Shown piece by piece: positions 1 through 12,839 of a stretch of DNA of 64,000 nucleotides (position 1 is the stretch's first letter; each line of letters starts with the position of its first letter). The stretch lies in assembly GCA_043228905.1 (NCBI GenBank), contig JBHGNT010000013.1, forward strand, positions 3,410,001 to 3,474,000, read 5' to 3'. The notes below the pieces were generated by a model. That model was not told the DNA's origin, did no database searches, and saw only the letters and a list, made by a program, of their open reading frames with translations. Made by a program: the position numbers and the translations under genes. The stretch comes from Azolla caroliniana. Its lineage: Eukaryota > Plantae > Polypodiophyta.

Positions 1-2286
1 TGTTGACTATTCGGTATGCTCCTTCATTCCCCATTTTTACAAGACCGTGATCTCCAGCCTTGTATGATGAGAAGCAGTTTTGGTCGGGGGTTAGGTGAAA
101 CGATGCACCCGAATCAACCACCCATGTCGATTCTTCACTGATGAGATTGACCTCATTTTGTTCACTAAGGAACAATAGCTCCTCTTCACTCGTGGCGATT
201 GCTAAGGTGTTCTTTCGGTCCAGTATTTTCTTCGGCTCTACACCATCAGCTCCCCCTTTCTCCTTTCGAAAGTGTTGGCAATTCTTTTGGAAGTGACAAT
301 AAAAGCACGTGGGCCTTCCCCTGACTTCGACCTTGTCGCTGACTTATCTCGATTCTGTGGACTTCGATTTCGGCCTCTTCCTCGATTTGTATCACTTTCC
401 GTGACAACGGCCTCCAGGTCGGTATTGGACTCTCGGTCGTTCCGGCGAGCTTCATCATTCAACAAGCTCGACTTCACTTGCTCTAGGCATAAGTGTTTCC
501 ATTTCGGTCCTGCATTGCCTAATGTGACAACTGTTTGGAAGGGATCCCAGCAACAACAGTGCTAATACCTCGTCAGCAAGAGGTACTTCTAGAGAGGTGG
601 TTTAATTCATCAGTCCTCGGAAGGCATTAATATGCTCCGCCACGTTGGAGCCATCTTGATACCAGGGTCTCACGATTTTTATGAAAACTGAGACTCTGTT
701 CATGACGTTCTTGTTTTCAAACATCACGCTATCGCGAAGATTGTGGTTGTGTTTCGCAACCGCCGGGGTTCTGTGACTCGGGGATGATCGGGGTGAAAAC
801 GCGTAATCGCAAACATTGTGATGACAAGAAGCCGAGAAGGCAAGATAAATGCAACGTTGTCGCAAAAAGAATTTTACTTGTAAAACAACCACTTACAATA
901 TTGAGAAGACTTGAACTCACAAACTCTATTTGAGAAGAAGCATTTGAGATAGACCACTTCAATCTCTATGGTTTCTATTTATTTGTCTTTCTCTTTCACT
1001 TTATATATACTAGATTTATATTACAAAATTTGATTAACAAAAGAAATTATTTGAAAAGGATTTGAACTTGCAACTTTTTGTTTACAAAGAGGCGTTTGAG
1101 ATACACCACTTTAACTTCTTCCTTTTCTTGTATCCCTTTTCTTTTCTTTAACTCTTGTATTGATTTATGTAGGCCACCATCTTCTTTGGCGAGCTCTGCA
1201 TCCCATACCCACGCGAGCTTCTTCACTCGCTTTTCCTTCTCCTCCCCTCTTTCCTTTAGCCACCATAGGCGTGGCTTATATAGGGTGGTCAACCGCCCTA
1301 CCGCCCTCTTTAGGCGGTTGACAAACCGCCTCATGCAAGGCGGTTGTATTTTTATTTTTATTTTATTTTATTTTATTTTCTTTATTTATTGATGCTACAA
1401 TTCAATTTTATAGTTCTCTATTTAAGAAATTATAGAAATAGCCCTTATTTAATTTTGACTCCCCCTTTTGACATAATTACATTTTTGTCCCAAGTAACAT
1501 TAATCCTTCCGAAGCTTGTATCTTGGGCTTCTGATCTCCAATTCACGAACTAAAAATTCCTTCACACTCCTTGTCATAAGATCCAGATGGGAAATGTACT
1601 TCTATAGATTTTTGACATTGTTTTCACATCGTGAAGTGTCAACTTCACGACAACACCAATCTTCTTCCAGATGACGTCGGCACTCGTCTCCTCATCAAAG
1701 TTGTTGTATAGACTCATGTCTATAAAACACCTTATATATGTTGCCGCCTTCAGATGCATGACTTCCCAAGTTGATGCATCGATCTTGTCTGGCCTTTTAA
1801 CTCCAAATTGCACCGGTAGCCGAAGGTCTTTGCACACGAGCATGTCCAACATCTTCGACTTCCACATTAAGTAGTTGGAGCTGGTTAACTTGAACATGTT
1901 GCCGAATGATTCTTCCATCGCTTTGATACCACTTTGTTATGATCGGGACCGGCCACAACCTGATCTACTCCAAATGTTCGAGTTCACGACGAGATACATA
2001 ATACGCAAACAAAAATCGAGAGGGCCAAAAACAGAAGTACAGAGACACAAGATGTTTTACGTGGAAAACCTGAAAGGGAAAAACCACAGGGGTCCACAAA
2101 CCCCAAGAAACAGATCATTATGTAAACAGAGGAATACAATGAGACTCGCATGCACCGACCTCAAGCTCATTCTCGTCTAACAGAAGGTTGCAGAGTTACT
2201 ACTCTCTTACACTCTCACACTCTCTCTCTCACATAGTTATAGGGGCAACTACCTTTAGTGTAACTTTTCCACAATGATGATTAACA
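1..2286 (-). mobile_element. Ty1/copia LTR retrotransposon, 5' part (LTR, PBS, degenerate gag into protease), running off the window start
   Basis: LTR 1935-2286 has TGTTA...TAACA termini on the minus strand. An iMet-type PBS TGGTATCAAAGC lies at 1920-1931. Gag MEESFGNMFKLTSSNYLMWKSKM...KKIGV (1918 to about 1653) resumes as MFENKNVMNRVSVF (below 729) and KSSLLNDEARR (477-238). It is colinear with the copia gag at 13506-14640. Confidence 0.9.
730..1652 (-). mobile_element. Solo LTR (TGTCGTGAAG...CTTCGCGATA) inserted in copia gag
   Basis: It splits the gag codons I-G-V-M. It has a terminal inverted repeat and a 4-bp TSD ACGC (726-729) / ACAC (1653-1656); the single difference is consistent with CpG decay. 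Confidence 0.8.
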
Positions 2287-2599
2287 ACTACGTAAAGATT
2301 TTGCCCTAGTTGTATTTAGACATATATAACTTTTTGGCTATTTACATACATAGCCCACAAGGGGCACATTTAGACTATTTACATATATGGTCTCTTGATT
2401 TTGGTTTTGGTTTTCGATCTCGGCCGAGGCCGATATTTGACTCAGTTCGTTCTCTCTTCCCATCCGAAGGGACTTGTTTCCCAACAATATGCGATAGAGC
2501 CGAAATCGGGAAATTGAAGCAGAAACTTCACGAGAAATTCTCAATGAAGTAACTTGGAGAAGCCCAACATATTTTGGGCATGAGGATAACGTGTGACAA

Positions 2600-3349
2600 G
2601 TCAAAGAAGATCTTACGGCTCTCCCAATCCGAGTATATCTGACTCCACAACAAAGAGGATTAACATGGTAGCAGACAGTGCCCCTACGCATCGGCAGTAG
2701 GAAGTCTCATGTACGTGATGGTAGCCACCCAACCTGACCTTGCATATGTTGTAGGCATTACCAATCGATACATGTCGAATCTAAGGAAGAAGCATTGGGA
2801 AGTTGTCAAGCACATATTTTTTTACCTTCGAGGAACTAAGGGTATGCAGCTGACATTCAGTTTGGGACACCCAACCGAGGTCGAAGGCTATACTGCCTCC
2901 AACTATGCTAGAAACCCCGACAATCGGAAGTCTACTTCAGAGTATGTGTTCACGCATGTAGGCGGAGCAATTTTTTGGAGGTCAAAGCTCCAAGAGTGTA
3001 CGGCCCTCTCCACAACAAAGGTCGAATACATAGTCGCATTTGAAGCAAGAAAAGAAATTATCTAGTTGCAATGACTGACAGTGAACTTTTTGACCAAGAG
3101 CTGAATCGTCAACATCACTCTAGCCTTGCATTGCAGCTCATAGAGCGCAATACACCTTGTGCGAAATCCAGTCTACCATGCAAAGACAAAGCACATAGAG
3201 GCAAGATATCATCAATATTCGGAAGCTCGTCATCAACGAGAAGCTCGAAATCCAAAAGATCGACACCACGGTGAACATCTTTGATTCCCTGACCAAGCCA
3301 CTCCCAGATTATCGCTACAAAGCAGTTACACGACATATGGGACTATAAC
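2600..3349 (+). pseudogene. Ty1/copia RT C-terminus and RNase H remnant; its 3' tail resumes at 10273
   Basis: ORF 2709-3065 reads MYVMVATQPDLAYVVG...DNRKSTSEYVF...AIFWRSKLQECTALSTTKVEY, a copia RT/RH motif set. It is interrupted by the chromovirus at TSD ATAAC. Confidence 0.85.
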
Positions 3350-3805
3350 TGTTACGGGCATGACCATCTAATATCCCGTGGTCAGAATTTACCGTAGTAT
3401 TCTATACATGTGGATAAGTGTGAGGGTTAAACGAGAGTGTAAAGAAGGGGAGGATTACTTTTAAATCCTCGGGATTGAGACAACCCATTAGGCCAAGTGT
3501 GAACTTGCCTGGGGGCCTTGGGTATCGCTATAAATAAGAGGCCAAGCTACCCTCATTTGATTATCTTATTGACTACGTCGAGACTCTGTCTTGTGGTGGG
3601 TCAATTCTTGTAGCGAGTGCGCCAGCACCAGGTACGACTTGACGCCACGGCGGTGGTATGGGACGCTGATCGAGGCTCAAGTTCGTCTCAATCCCTTCAC
3701 TTGGGGGTGGTCGGGTGGATTGGCACCCTTCTTTCTCTCTCTCCTTTCTATCTAGATCTATATTCTATCCTTATCTAATGCTTACATTAGTCTATGTCTC
3801 TAAGA
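3350..3805 (+). repeat. 5' LTR of chromovirus
   Basis: Direct repeat of 9812-10267, with about 19 differences counted by eye (roughly 4%). TATAAATA lies near 3528. Confidence 0.95.
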
Positions 3806-4059
3806 GTTGGTCTCATAGCTCATTTTCTAATGTTTCTTTTGTTGTGTTTTCGTTCTTGATTGATGGCGATCGATCAATGTGCGGTCGGCCTTGATCCAGA
3901 CAACAATCAAGAAAAGAACTTCGGTAATCTTACTTGTTTTTTCTATTCTTTCTTCTCCCAATTTAATCATGTGTATGGTGAATATGTAATTTTTTTTATA
4001 GATTCAATGATGTTGTAGTGGTAATTAATTGGTTATATAAAACGTTTACATATGTGCAT

Positions 4060-4302
4060 GAGGTCAATACCTCATTTGACGTATATTGAATATGTGATGA
4101 GTGTCGTATGCGCACGAGGTTAATACCTCAATTGCGTATTATGTTCACAAACATATGTTACATTTGTGTATGAGGTCAATACTTCGATTCGTTGTAAATG
4201 ATATGCGTTTGGTCTCGTATGCGTAAGAGGTCAATACCTCAATTGCGAATTACGATTAACCCTTATTTTTGGATGTCTCGTGTGCGTAGAGGTATATACC
4301 TC
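4060..4302 (+). repeat. Five regularly spaced palindromic units GAGGT-NNNN-ACCTC in the chromovirus 5' leader
   Basis: Cores start at 4060, 4116, 4172, 4227 and 4289 (spacing 56, 56, 55, 62 nt). Copy 3 reads GAGGTCAATACTTC. Confidence 0.85.
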
Positions 4303-5502
4303 GATTATGTCATTTTTGGCTATTAAATATAACGATTTGTTTAATATAGGCATATGTGGTCACGTGTATACGTAATTGATCGTATATATGCGATAATATA
4401 CATATGTGTATATAAGTTATTACGTGATTTTAAATCGAATGTTTTCCTTTTTGGGGAAAGAATCTTGGTGGCCGTCCTCACATTTTTGTGAGAATCGCAT
4501 TGTCACCATCCCTTTTTTCAACAATTTTTTATTGTTGAAATCCCCGTTGGTGACTTCGATATTTCGTTACGTAAAGAAACGCCTATAGCCATAATGATGT
4601 TGAGTACGTAGGGCTTGACCCACTTCATGTGAGGTCGCTCCTATGACACACATATCCAACATCCCTCCCTCATTACATGGTTACGATGCCACCATGAGAT
4701 CATTCTTACGAGAGGCATTCGTAATGACGTGACCATGTGATGGGCCAGGTGGGCCTATTACAAAAAGAGGGCTCATTTGGCTTGACCATTAGGTTGCACT
4801 TTGGCGTATGCTATCGTAATTACAAGACTTGAGGTTAGGTAACGTACGAACATAGTTGTAGTAAATGAGGGCGAAATAAGGACTCTTGACATATATGTTT
4901 CTTTTAAAAAAAACGTATATGGGCAAATGCCTCACATATCTCTTATACACATGAAATATCAAAACATTCAAGAAGAGCAACTTACTTGGTTGGCTCAAGT
5001 GTTTAATGTATTTGTTCTCGAGGTCTCGAGTTCAAATATGAGCAAGACCATACAACATCGTTGAAACATATGACTATAACACATGTTTAGACTTGAGGTC
5101 TAAGTGCACTTCGGGGTCCTCGTAATAGGACTTAAAGAGCCGAAACCACATATGTGGGCACAGAAATATAGTTTATTGTTAACATTTTTTTCGTGTATAA
5201 ACTATTCATGACGCAAACATACATGGTTGAGCCTCGGGGAGCCACCATGAAAAAAATCGATATAGAGATCAGGGAAAGACATTTATTTGTCACCCCCATG
5301 GTTTTTAAAACACCTTTGTGTTACCATAGTAACCTGATCTTGAACCTCATCTCATACGTCTAGAGGGGTATTGACATGAGATAATGATATCGATTAATGT
5401 TCGCCCATGATATGTTTACATCACGACATGATGTTATGACTATCTCTCTGACCTTATCCTATTTCTTTTCTAGAAATAATCATTTAATGACTCAAAATAA
5501 CG

Positions 5503-8500
5503 ATGTCATCCGCTCAAGCGGAAGGAACTCAAGGGAATCCTCCTGGACAAAAGTCCATTGAGATGTATTTTTCGCAAATAACCCAATACCTTAGTTTCAC
5601 CGCTCAACAGATGACCGAACTTCAGCAATCTCAAAGTGCTCTTGAGGCACATGTCATTAGTTTACAACTTGAGACTAATAGACCTAATGAGCGACAGGGT
5701 GAACCATCGTTTGTCGTTAAGCCATTTACGGGAGAAAAAAAGGAAAGAGCTGATGGGAGTCTCATTTTGAGCTCTATCCCACGCCAGATAGTACGAAGAT
5801 TGCATATGTCGGCTGAGAACTAGGGGGTAAGGCCGCCGCCTGGTGGTGTGGGCTCTGTACTTTGGGGAAATTGCCCGAAACCTAGATAGATTTTGTCACA
5901 GTTTTCAAGGGCCAATTTCTGCAACCTCCCTCTCGAACCAAGGCAACACAAGCTTTAATGAACCTCTCTAGCAGGAAGTTTTCCTCGCTAGAAGACTATG
6001 TTCACCATGCTAGAACCCAAATCCAAAAATCAGGTCTAGAAGGGGACAACTGGTTAATAGCTTGTTTGTCAATGGCATCCCCAATTCGGACTATCACTGG
6101 ATAGTGCACGATAAGGATCCAAAATCCTTCGAAGAGGCCGTTGAAATAGTTCTTCGCTATCAACGCACTTCGAAGAAGGACCACAACAAACCCAACGAAG
6201 CGCCCAGGACTAAGTAGTCGCAATTCGTTGGGAAACGCAAGACACCCAACGAATTCATGGATCGCGATTGTAAGCGACAACATCCTTTTTGCGTATTCTG
6301 CAAAAAGAAGGGTCATACAAAAGAGCAATGTCGAAAGCTCCAATGGAAAGAGCACAACAACAAAGTTAAAGTTGCAGACCATAAAGGGCAGATTCCTAAT
6401 GTCCTTCAGGTCTATACACATCATTTATGTAATTGTCAATGTTCTTTCCCTCACTATGTATTGGGTCCCAATGATTTACTACATTCAAACGGGTATATCA
6501 ATGGATCTCCCGTACAATTTTTGTTTGATTCAGGAAGCTCACACAACTTTGTGAATGATCGTTTGGTTTAGATATGGGGAGTCCAACCCACCGTAAGTGA
6601 TCACACCTACACGGTGCACTTGGCTGATGGAAGAGTACAATACATCAACGGGGCGATTCATTCATCAGGAATTTCTATTGATACTTATATAGAGGAAGTA
6701 GACTTCCATGTATTAAATGAATCTTTGTACCACCGATATAATATTGGGTTATCCCTGGTTTTATAATAAAAACTCTTCTTTATCTATTGATTGTACTTAT
6801 TTTATTCAATGTGTCAAAAAACAATGCCTCTCAATTGTTTCCTCGTGTCCATCAATATCTGAGTTGTCTTGTTCTACTCTATTTTATTGTGTACTTGATC
6901 CGGACATTCACGTTTACAATATCGATAATATCTCGGTTCAATTAACATATTTTAAACAACAATAACTTCATGAAATCTTAAATGATTTTTGTGATGTTTT
7001 TCCGAGTGAACTACCAGATGGGTTACCTCCTAAATGTAATATAGACCATCGTATAGATATTGTACCTGGCATTGCACGAATAAGTATACCTCCTTATCGC
7101 TTAAGTCGATCCGAAGAGGATGATGTATCTAAGCAACTCAAGGACTATTTACGAATGGGTTATATACGTTATAGTAAATCTCCATGGGGCGCACCAGTTC
7201 TCTTGGTTAAAAAGAAAGAGGGCACATGGCGTGTGTATTAATTACCGACGCTTGAATAAAGTGACGATCAAGAATTCGTATCCATTGCCCTGGGCTGACG
7301 ATCTAATTGACCATCTCCAGGGAGCTCGGTATTTTACGAAACTTGATCTCTGTACTAGCTACCATCAAATTCGTATAAGTGAGGGCGATGTTCCTAAAAT
7401 AGCATTTCGTACGCGCTATGGCCATTATGAGTTTTTGGTTATGCCTTTTGGTTTGACCAATGCTCCAGCTACATTTCAACAAGAAATGAATGACATTTTC
7501 TGAGAACAACTTAGAAAATTTGTCGTTATTTTCTTGGATGATATTTTAGTTTATAGCCGTACATTACAAGAACATGCTAAACATGTCCACTTTGTTTTAC
7601 AAACATTGCGTGACAAACAATTTTACGCGAAGATCTCAAAATGTGAGTTCTTCAAGAAATCAATTACTTATCTTGGATATCTCATAACCGAACGAGGAGT
7701 TGAAATTGATCCTTCTTGCATCGAGAAAATCAAGCTTTGGCCCACTATTCGAAATATTCGAGAAGTTCGATCATTCCTTGGTTTTGTCAAATTTTTGCGA
7801 AAATCCCTTCGTAATTACTACCAATTGACGACGTCGTTTATTGATCTTCTAAAAGGTCAAACGCGTAAGTCTACAAAACCTATTGTGTGGAATTCTACAC
7901 TAGACCTCGCCTTTAAGGAACTCAAGGACCTAGTTTGCAAGGCTCCTTCACTTCTTTTACCCGATCCTTCAAAACCTTTTGAGGTTGAAATCGATGCAAG
8001 CGATTATGCTATAGGTGATGTCTTATATCAAGATGGTAAACCAATAGCATTCAAGAGTAAGAAACTTGATTCTGCTCAATGTCGGTATACCATTCAAGAA
8101 AAGGAATTATTTGCAGTTATACATGCGCTCAAAACATGGCACCATTATCTTTATGGAAATCGCTTTGTGGTAACTACGGACCAACAAGACCTCAAAGGTC
8201 ATAAGGGACGATGGGTTGATCTCATCCAGGACATTGATTTTTTCATACGATATCGTAAAGGTTCCATGAACACTGTTGTTGATGCATTAAGTCGCATCCG
8301 TGAAGTTAACATGCTTAGCTTCACTGAAATATCATCAGATCTTTATGATCACCTTCGAGGAAAGTATCCTGATGACAGTTATTTCGCAAAATATTGGGCA
8401 AGAGTTCAATCTGGAACAGACACCACCACATCCTCGAAGGAATACTTCCACATTACTAACGGTATGCTCTACCGTAATGGGAAGGTTTGTGTTCCAAATT

Positions 8501-9833
8501 TTCCTGGGTCAAAAAGAGGATTCTTTTTTAATGCCATGATGCACCCTTAGTAGGGCACCCTGGAATACATCGCACACTCGTTCTCATCTCCACTCAATTC
8601 TATTGGCCTAAGATGTGTCCTGACATACATAGCTATGTGACTAAATGTCACCAATGTCAGGTTAACAAAGCCGAGCGACTTAAAGCCGCAGGACTTTAAC
8701 ATCCCTTGGACATTCCCAACAATAAGTGGGAAAGTATATCCATGGATTTTATTGTTAGCCTTTCTCACACCCAAAAAGGCCATGATGCCATATGGGTGGT
8801 GGTTGATCGACTTACTAAAATGGCCAGATTTATTGCTATTGAAACCGCGGTAAAAGCTCCTGAATTGGCTTACCAATTCGTTGACGAGTTATTTCGTTTT
8901 TATGGGTTACCGATGGATATCATGAGTGATCGAGATCCAAAGTTTACTAGTGACTTCTAGACGCAAGTCTTCAAGAAGTTAGAAACTACGTTGAGCATGA
9001 GCTCCACAGATCTTCCTCAATCCGATGGACAGACAGAACGAGTAAATCAAATTATTGAGGACATGCTTCGAGCATACGTTGGTGCAAAACCAACAAAATG
9101 GGAACATTATCTCCCAATTTTGGAGTTTTCTTATAACAACTCCAAGCATACGTCAACGGGATATAGTCCTTTTATGTTGATGTATGGTTTTCAGCCACGA
9201 GCCCCGATTGATGTCAATATACATCATGATGAGTTGCGAAGTACGCAAAACTTTCTTCGGGATATACAAGATATGTTGCATATTGCACAAGATAATATAA
9301 AAACAGCTCACGATAGAGCGCGTTTTTATGTTGATCATCATAGGCAACCTCGTGTATTCAACCCTGGACAAAAGGTATTTTTACGTGTACCTCACAATTC
9401 TAAGACATTGTTTAAGGGTAAGTACGCTAAGTTAGCCCCACGGTTTTGTGGACCTTTTACAGTCCTCAAACGCATTGGGTCATCAGCCTATCGTCTCACT
9501 CTTCCCGATAGAGTTGGAATTCATCCAATCTTTTATGTGAGTCATCTAAAAGAACTTCTAGGTTCTGGCAGCTATACAGTTACAACTAAAACTCTGGTTA
9601 CTTCTGAAGATGTATCTTCTAAACCACATGTACCAGAAAGAATTCTCGATGTTAAAACAAAAAAATTACGTAATAAAGAAATCCGAGAATTTAAAATAAA
9701 ATGGATGGATAAATCAATAAAAGATGCCACATGGGAACGCAAAAGTACTCTCAGAACTAACTTTCCTAACTTTCCATTGCAAGAGTGCAATGTTTTTAAA
9801 GAGGGGGAGTATGTTACGGGCATGACCATCTAA
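5503..9833 (+). pseudogene. gag-pol of chromovirus (frameshifted, with stops)
   Basis: Zinc knuckle CVFCKKKGHTKEQC (ORF 6257). Protease [25 protein letters not shown]...[13 protein letters not shown]...FLDD (about 7531). RNase H EIDASDYAIG. Integrase WESISMDF...SDRDPKF...QTERVNQ. Chromodomain PERILDVK...FKIKW...DATWE. Confidence 0.93.
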
Positions 9834-10267
9834 TATCCCGTGGTCAGAATTTACCGTAGTATTCTAAACACGTGGATAAGTGTGAGGGTTAAACGAGAGT
9901 GTAAAGAAGGGAAGGATTACTTTTAAATCCTCGGGATTGAGACAACCCCTTAGGCTAAGTGTGAACTTGCCTAGGGGCCTTGGGTATCGCTATAAATAAG
10001 AGGCCTAGCTACCCTCATTTGATTATCTTATTGACTACGTCGAGACTTTGTCTTGTGGTGGGTCAACTCTTGTAGCGAGTGCGCCAGCACCAGGTACGAC
10101 TTGACGCCACGGTGGTGGTATGGGACGCCGATCGAGGCTCAAGTTCGTCTCGATCCCTTCGTTCGGGGGTGGTCGGGTGGATTGACACCCTTCTTTCTCT
10201 CTCTCCTTTCTATCTAGATCTATATTTTATCCTTATCTAATGCTTACATTAGTCTATGTCTCTAATA
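9812..10267 (+). repeat. 3' LTR of chromovirus
   Basis: Follows the PPT, repeats 3350-3805 and is followed by TSD ATAAC. Confidence 0.95.
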
Positions 10268-11616
10268 ATAACATGCAAGCACAACCAGATAGCCGAATTG
10301 AAGGAAGTCGGAGAAGTGTACGAGCCAAAGGATTGGTGGGCCGAAAGTTGACCAATTCGCCCGAGCACCGAGCCAATTGGAACCGACTCGGCTGTCCAAC
10401 CACTCCCAATTTGACAACCTTCGCTTAGCTTGTATCTCTAATGGATTATATGTAGATTTAGAGGGGAAATTTCTCCCCAAACTCTTGTATTATTGTTAAT
10501 AATTAGGTAATTAATTTTAAGCAAGGGTTAATTAGTACCTAATTATGTAATTAGTTGATAAGCGGAAGATTATGTGATATGTGTGTGTATGTGTGTGAGA
10601 GGTAGAGAGGGAGAGGAAGTTAACACATATGAACACAAGATGGGGGATGAGTAACTATATTAGATTAGAATTATCATCATCAAATACAAACATACCCAAA
10701 ATGAGGTATATATAGATCTCATGTGCAAGAGTGCACATGTGTGAGGATAATATAGGTACAAAAGTGTAAGTCCTATATTAAATGTACTTGGGAGTGGAGG
10801 ATCTAGAATATCCCACTTAAGTACAAGTCCTATTTAAGGTGTTATAGTCAACACTTCTAACTAGATTCTATCTAGGTAACTACGAAGTTACATGGTTGAC
10901 TAACTAACTAAACTAAGTTGAGCTTGATCTCTCAACATGCCACGTCCAGCTCAAGTACGGGGCATCCAATGTCCGCTTTGGCTTTCGACGTTCGGATCTT
11001 CAATTAGGTTGAATCGGCTTCGACTTTGGATGGCTGGTATTGTTTCTTTCGGCATCGACGTTTTTGTGGCAGTTTCAGTTCCTCCCCCTCAAGCCTGTGA
11101 TGAAGGCTTGTCGTGCAAAATTGGCCGACTGCTTTCACCCATCGTGGATAACAAGCCACTTTTGTAGAGCTCCCGAGCTCTTGTTCGGCTGCTACCTTCA
11201 TCACGAAGGCGTAATGATCGGCCATATACTCGTTGTAGCCGAGCCGAGTGACGGGATTCTTCTCTCTAAAAGAGCGTCGAAGTTTTTCGCGAGCCGATGT
11301 GAGCGCCTTCTTTACTCCAGGTGTACGCATGATGGGTACACCAAACTCACTGTCTAGTGAGGGAGCCGATCCATCCGAATCATTGTCGTCGGGGTGGTCG
11401 ACTTCGTATTTGGGCATCTTACCTTTGCCTTGGTTATTGTGGGCACGTGCAAGACATTCTTGATGCAAGTTTGTTGGCCTTCCTTCCCAAATGGGACATT
11501 GCCAATGTGCCGAATGGGATGTGTGGTGTCATCTCCCGTCTCTATGAAGCTGGGTTGGTCCAACATTCGTAAGTCACGAAACCACTTTTGGTGTGATGTC
11601 ATATGATGTGAGGCGA

Positions 11617-12180
11617 AGGGGGGGGGGGGGGGGGGGGTCAAAATATGCATGTGCTATGTGTGTGCACACAAAGGCAATTAATTGTGCGCATGCAAAAGAA
11701 AAGGGAAAAGAAAGGGTGGAAAGGGGGTATAGAAGCTCGTGTAAACAGTAAGAGAGAGGAGAGATAAAAAGTAGAGGGGACACAGGCTATGAATTTGTAG
11801 ATATAGAATTATATATTATATAAGAGAGAGTTAATCCGCTAGTGGATAATCACATTGACTTTTAGCTAGAGGTTCTCGGTTCAAATCCTGTCTTACAATG
11901 CAGCGTGATTTAAGGAATTTTATTCCTTTTTCATTGAAGACAAAATTGGCGACCCCCTTCTTTTCTTCCTAGAAAAGGAGGTCGAGGGGGGCTCATAGGA
12001 AGACGTTTTGGGAGGAGCAGACTATCGCCATTTTTCCTTCGGAGCTCTTCATCTTCTTCTTCACCAATTCTCTTCATCTCATACCCCTTCATCCCCTCAT
12101 CGCCACGTGCTTGTCTTCTTCGTGTTGGCACTCGAAGTGCTCATGAACCTAAGCTTCGTTGCTTCGACCCGTTCGTCGTT
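11617..12180 (+). repeat. Truncated LTR of the gypsy family at 14640-21593
   Basis: Colinear with about 19435-20000 (GGTCAAAAT...TGTGTGTGCACACAAAGGC...CCCGTTCGTCGTT). The first 40-45 bp and the 3' part are missing. Poly-G at 11618-11637. Confidence 0.85.
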
Positions 12181-12199
12181 GCTTCGCTCCATTCATCAT

Positions 12200-12835
12200 T
12201 GTAATAAACAATAACCCAATCCCCTTCTTCGATCTTCTTCGAAAGTAGATGATGTACTCAGTCAAACCTTCCATTGTTCCATATTCTACCTTCCTTTAGT
12301 CCGTTCAATGCCAACTTTGAGTCCTCTTGTCATCTTTTAGGTTGTCTTATTCATACTATTAAGAGGTCTTCTCTTAGACTACTCATTTCACTATCCCATA
12401 GCATTGCCACACACGATGTGATCGATCCTTCAATAGGGATTATAGGTTTCTAACCATACTTAAGCTCAAATTGGCATTATAGGCATATTAGGCGTATCAT
12501 AGTAATCGAAACCATCTCCAACTTTTCTTGCACGAACTCTAACAGTCACCTTGTCTATGGGTTTGATCCTCTTTCTAATTTCCAATTTCCTTTGCTTTGT
12601 ATGTAGTTGTGAGGGGAAGTTTAATTCCTAGGTTGTCAAACAGTTCTCTAGCTTCATTGGCATTCAATTCTCCTTTCTCCACGACTATCTTCCCTACGCA
12701 CCTGTATCGACATGTAGTGTCCTCTAAGAGAAATTTGCACACCACTATCATGGTCTAATTTCTTATTTCCTTTCCTTCTATTTTGTTTGTGAGATATTCT
12801 TCCCTTCCTAGCACCATGTATTTTATCTTACCCAC
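12200..12835 (-). pseudogene. Degenerate gypsy integrase fragment
   Basis: Minus-strand KYMVLGREEYLTNKIEG...VCKFLLED...CVGKIVVEKGELNA matches KYLVLAREDITNQVEG...VGKIVADRGELNA at 18480-18650. Confidence 0.75.
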
Positions 12836-12839
12836 TCCA

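Larger units (their letters stand above)
3350..10267 (+). mobile_element. Full-length Ty3/gypsy chromovirus LTR retrotransposon (coding region degenerate)
   Basis: 456-bp LTRs at 3350-3805 and 9812-10267. 5-bp TSD ATAAC at 3345-3349 and 10268-10272. PBS-like TGGTCTCATAGC at 3808-3819 and PPT AAAGAGGGGGAG at 9798-9809. Domain order is gag-PR-RT-RH-IN-chromodomain. Confidence 0.95.

Noticed and set aside
4060-4302. CRISPR-like repeat-spacer appearance
   Set aside because: It lies inside a plant LTR retrotransposon leader with no cas genes. The core is only 14 bp, and the linkers resemble each other in alternation.
4988-5045. A-box/B-box-like motifs (TGGCTCAAGTG...GAGTTCAAAT) suggesting a SINE or tRNA
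   Set aside because: No cloverleaf stems, TSD or second copy; too weak to call.
5095-5160. Possible hammerhead ribozyme (hairpins plus CGAAAC)
   Set aside because: The CUGANGA core is absent on both strands.
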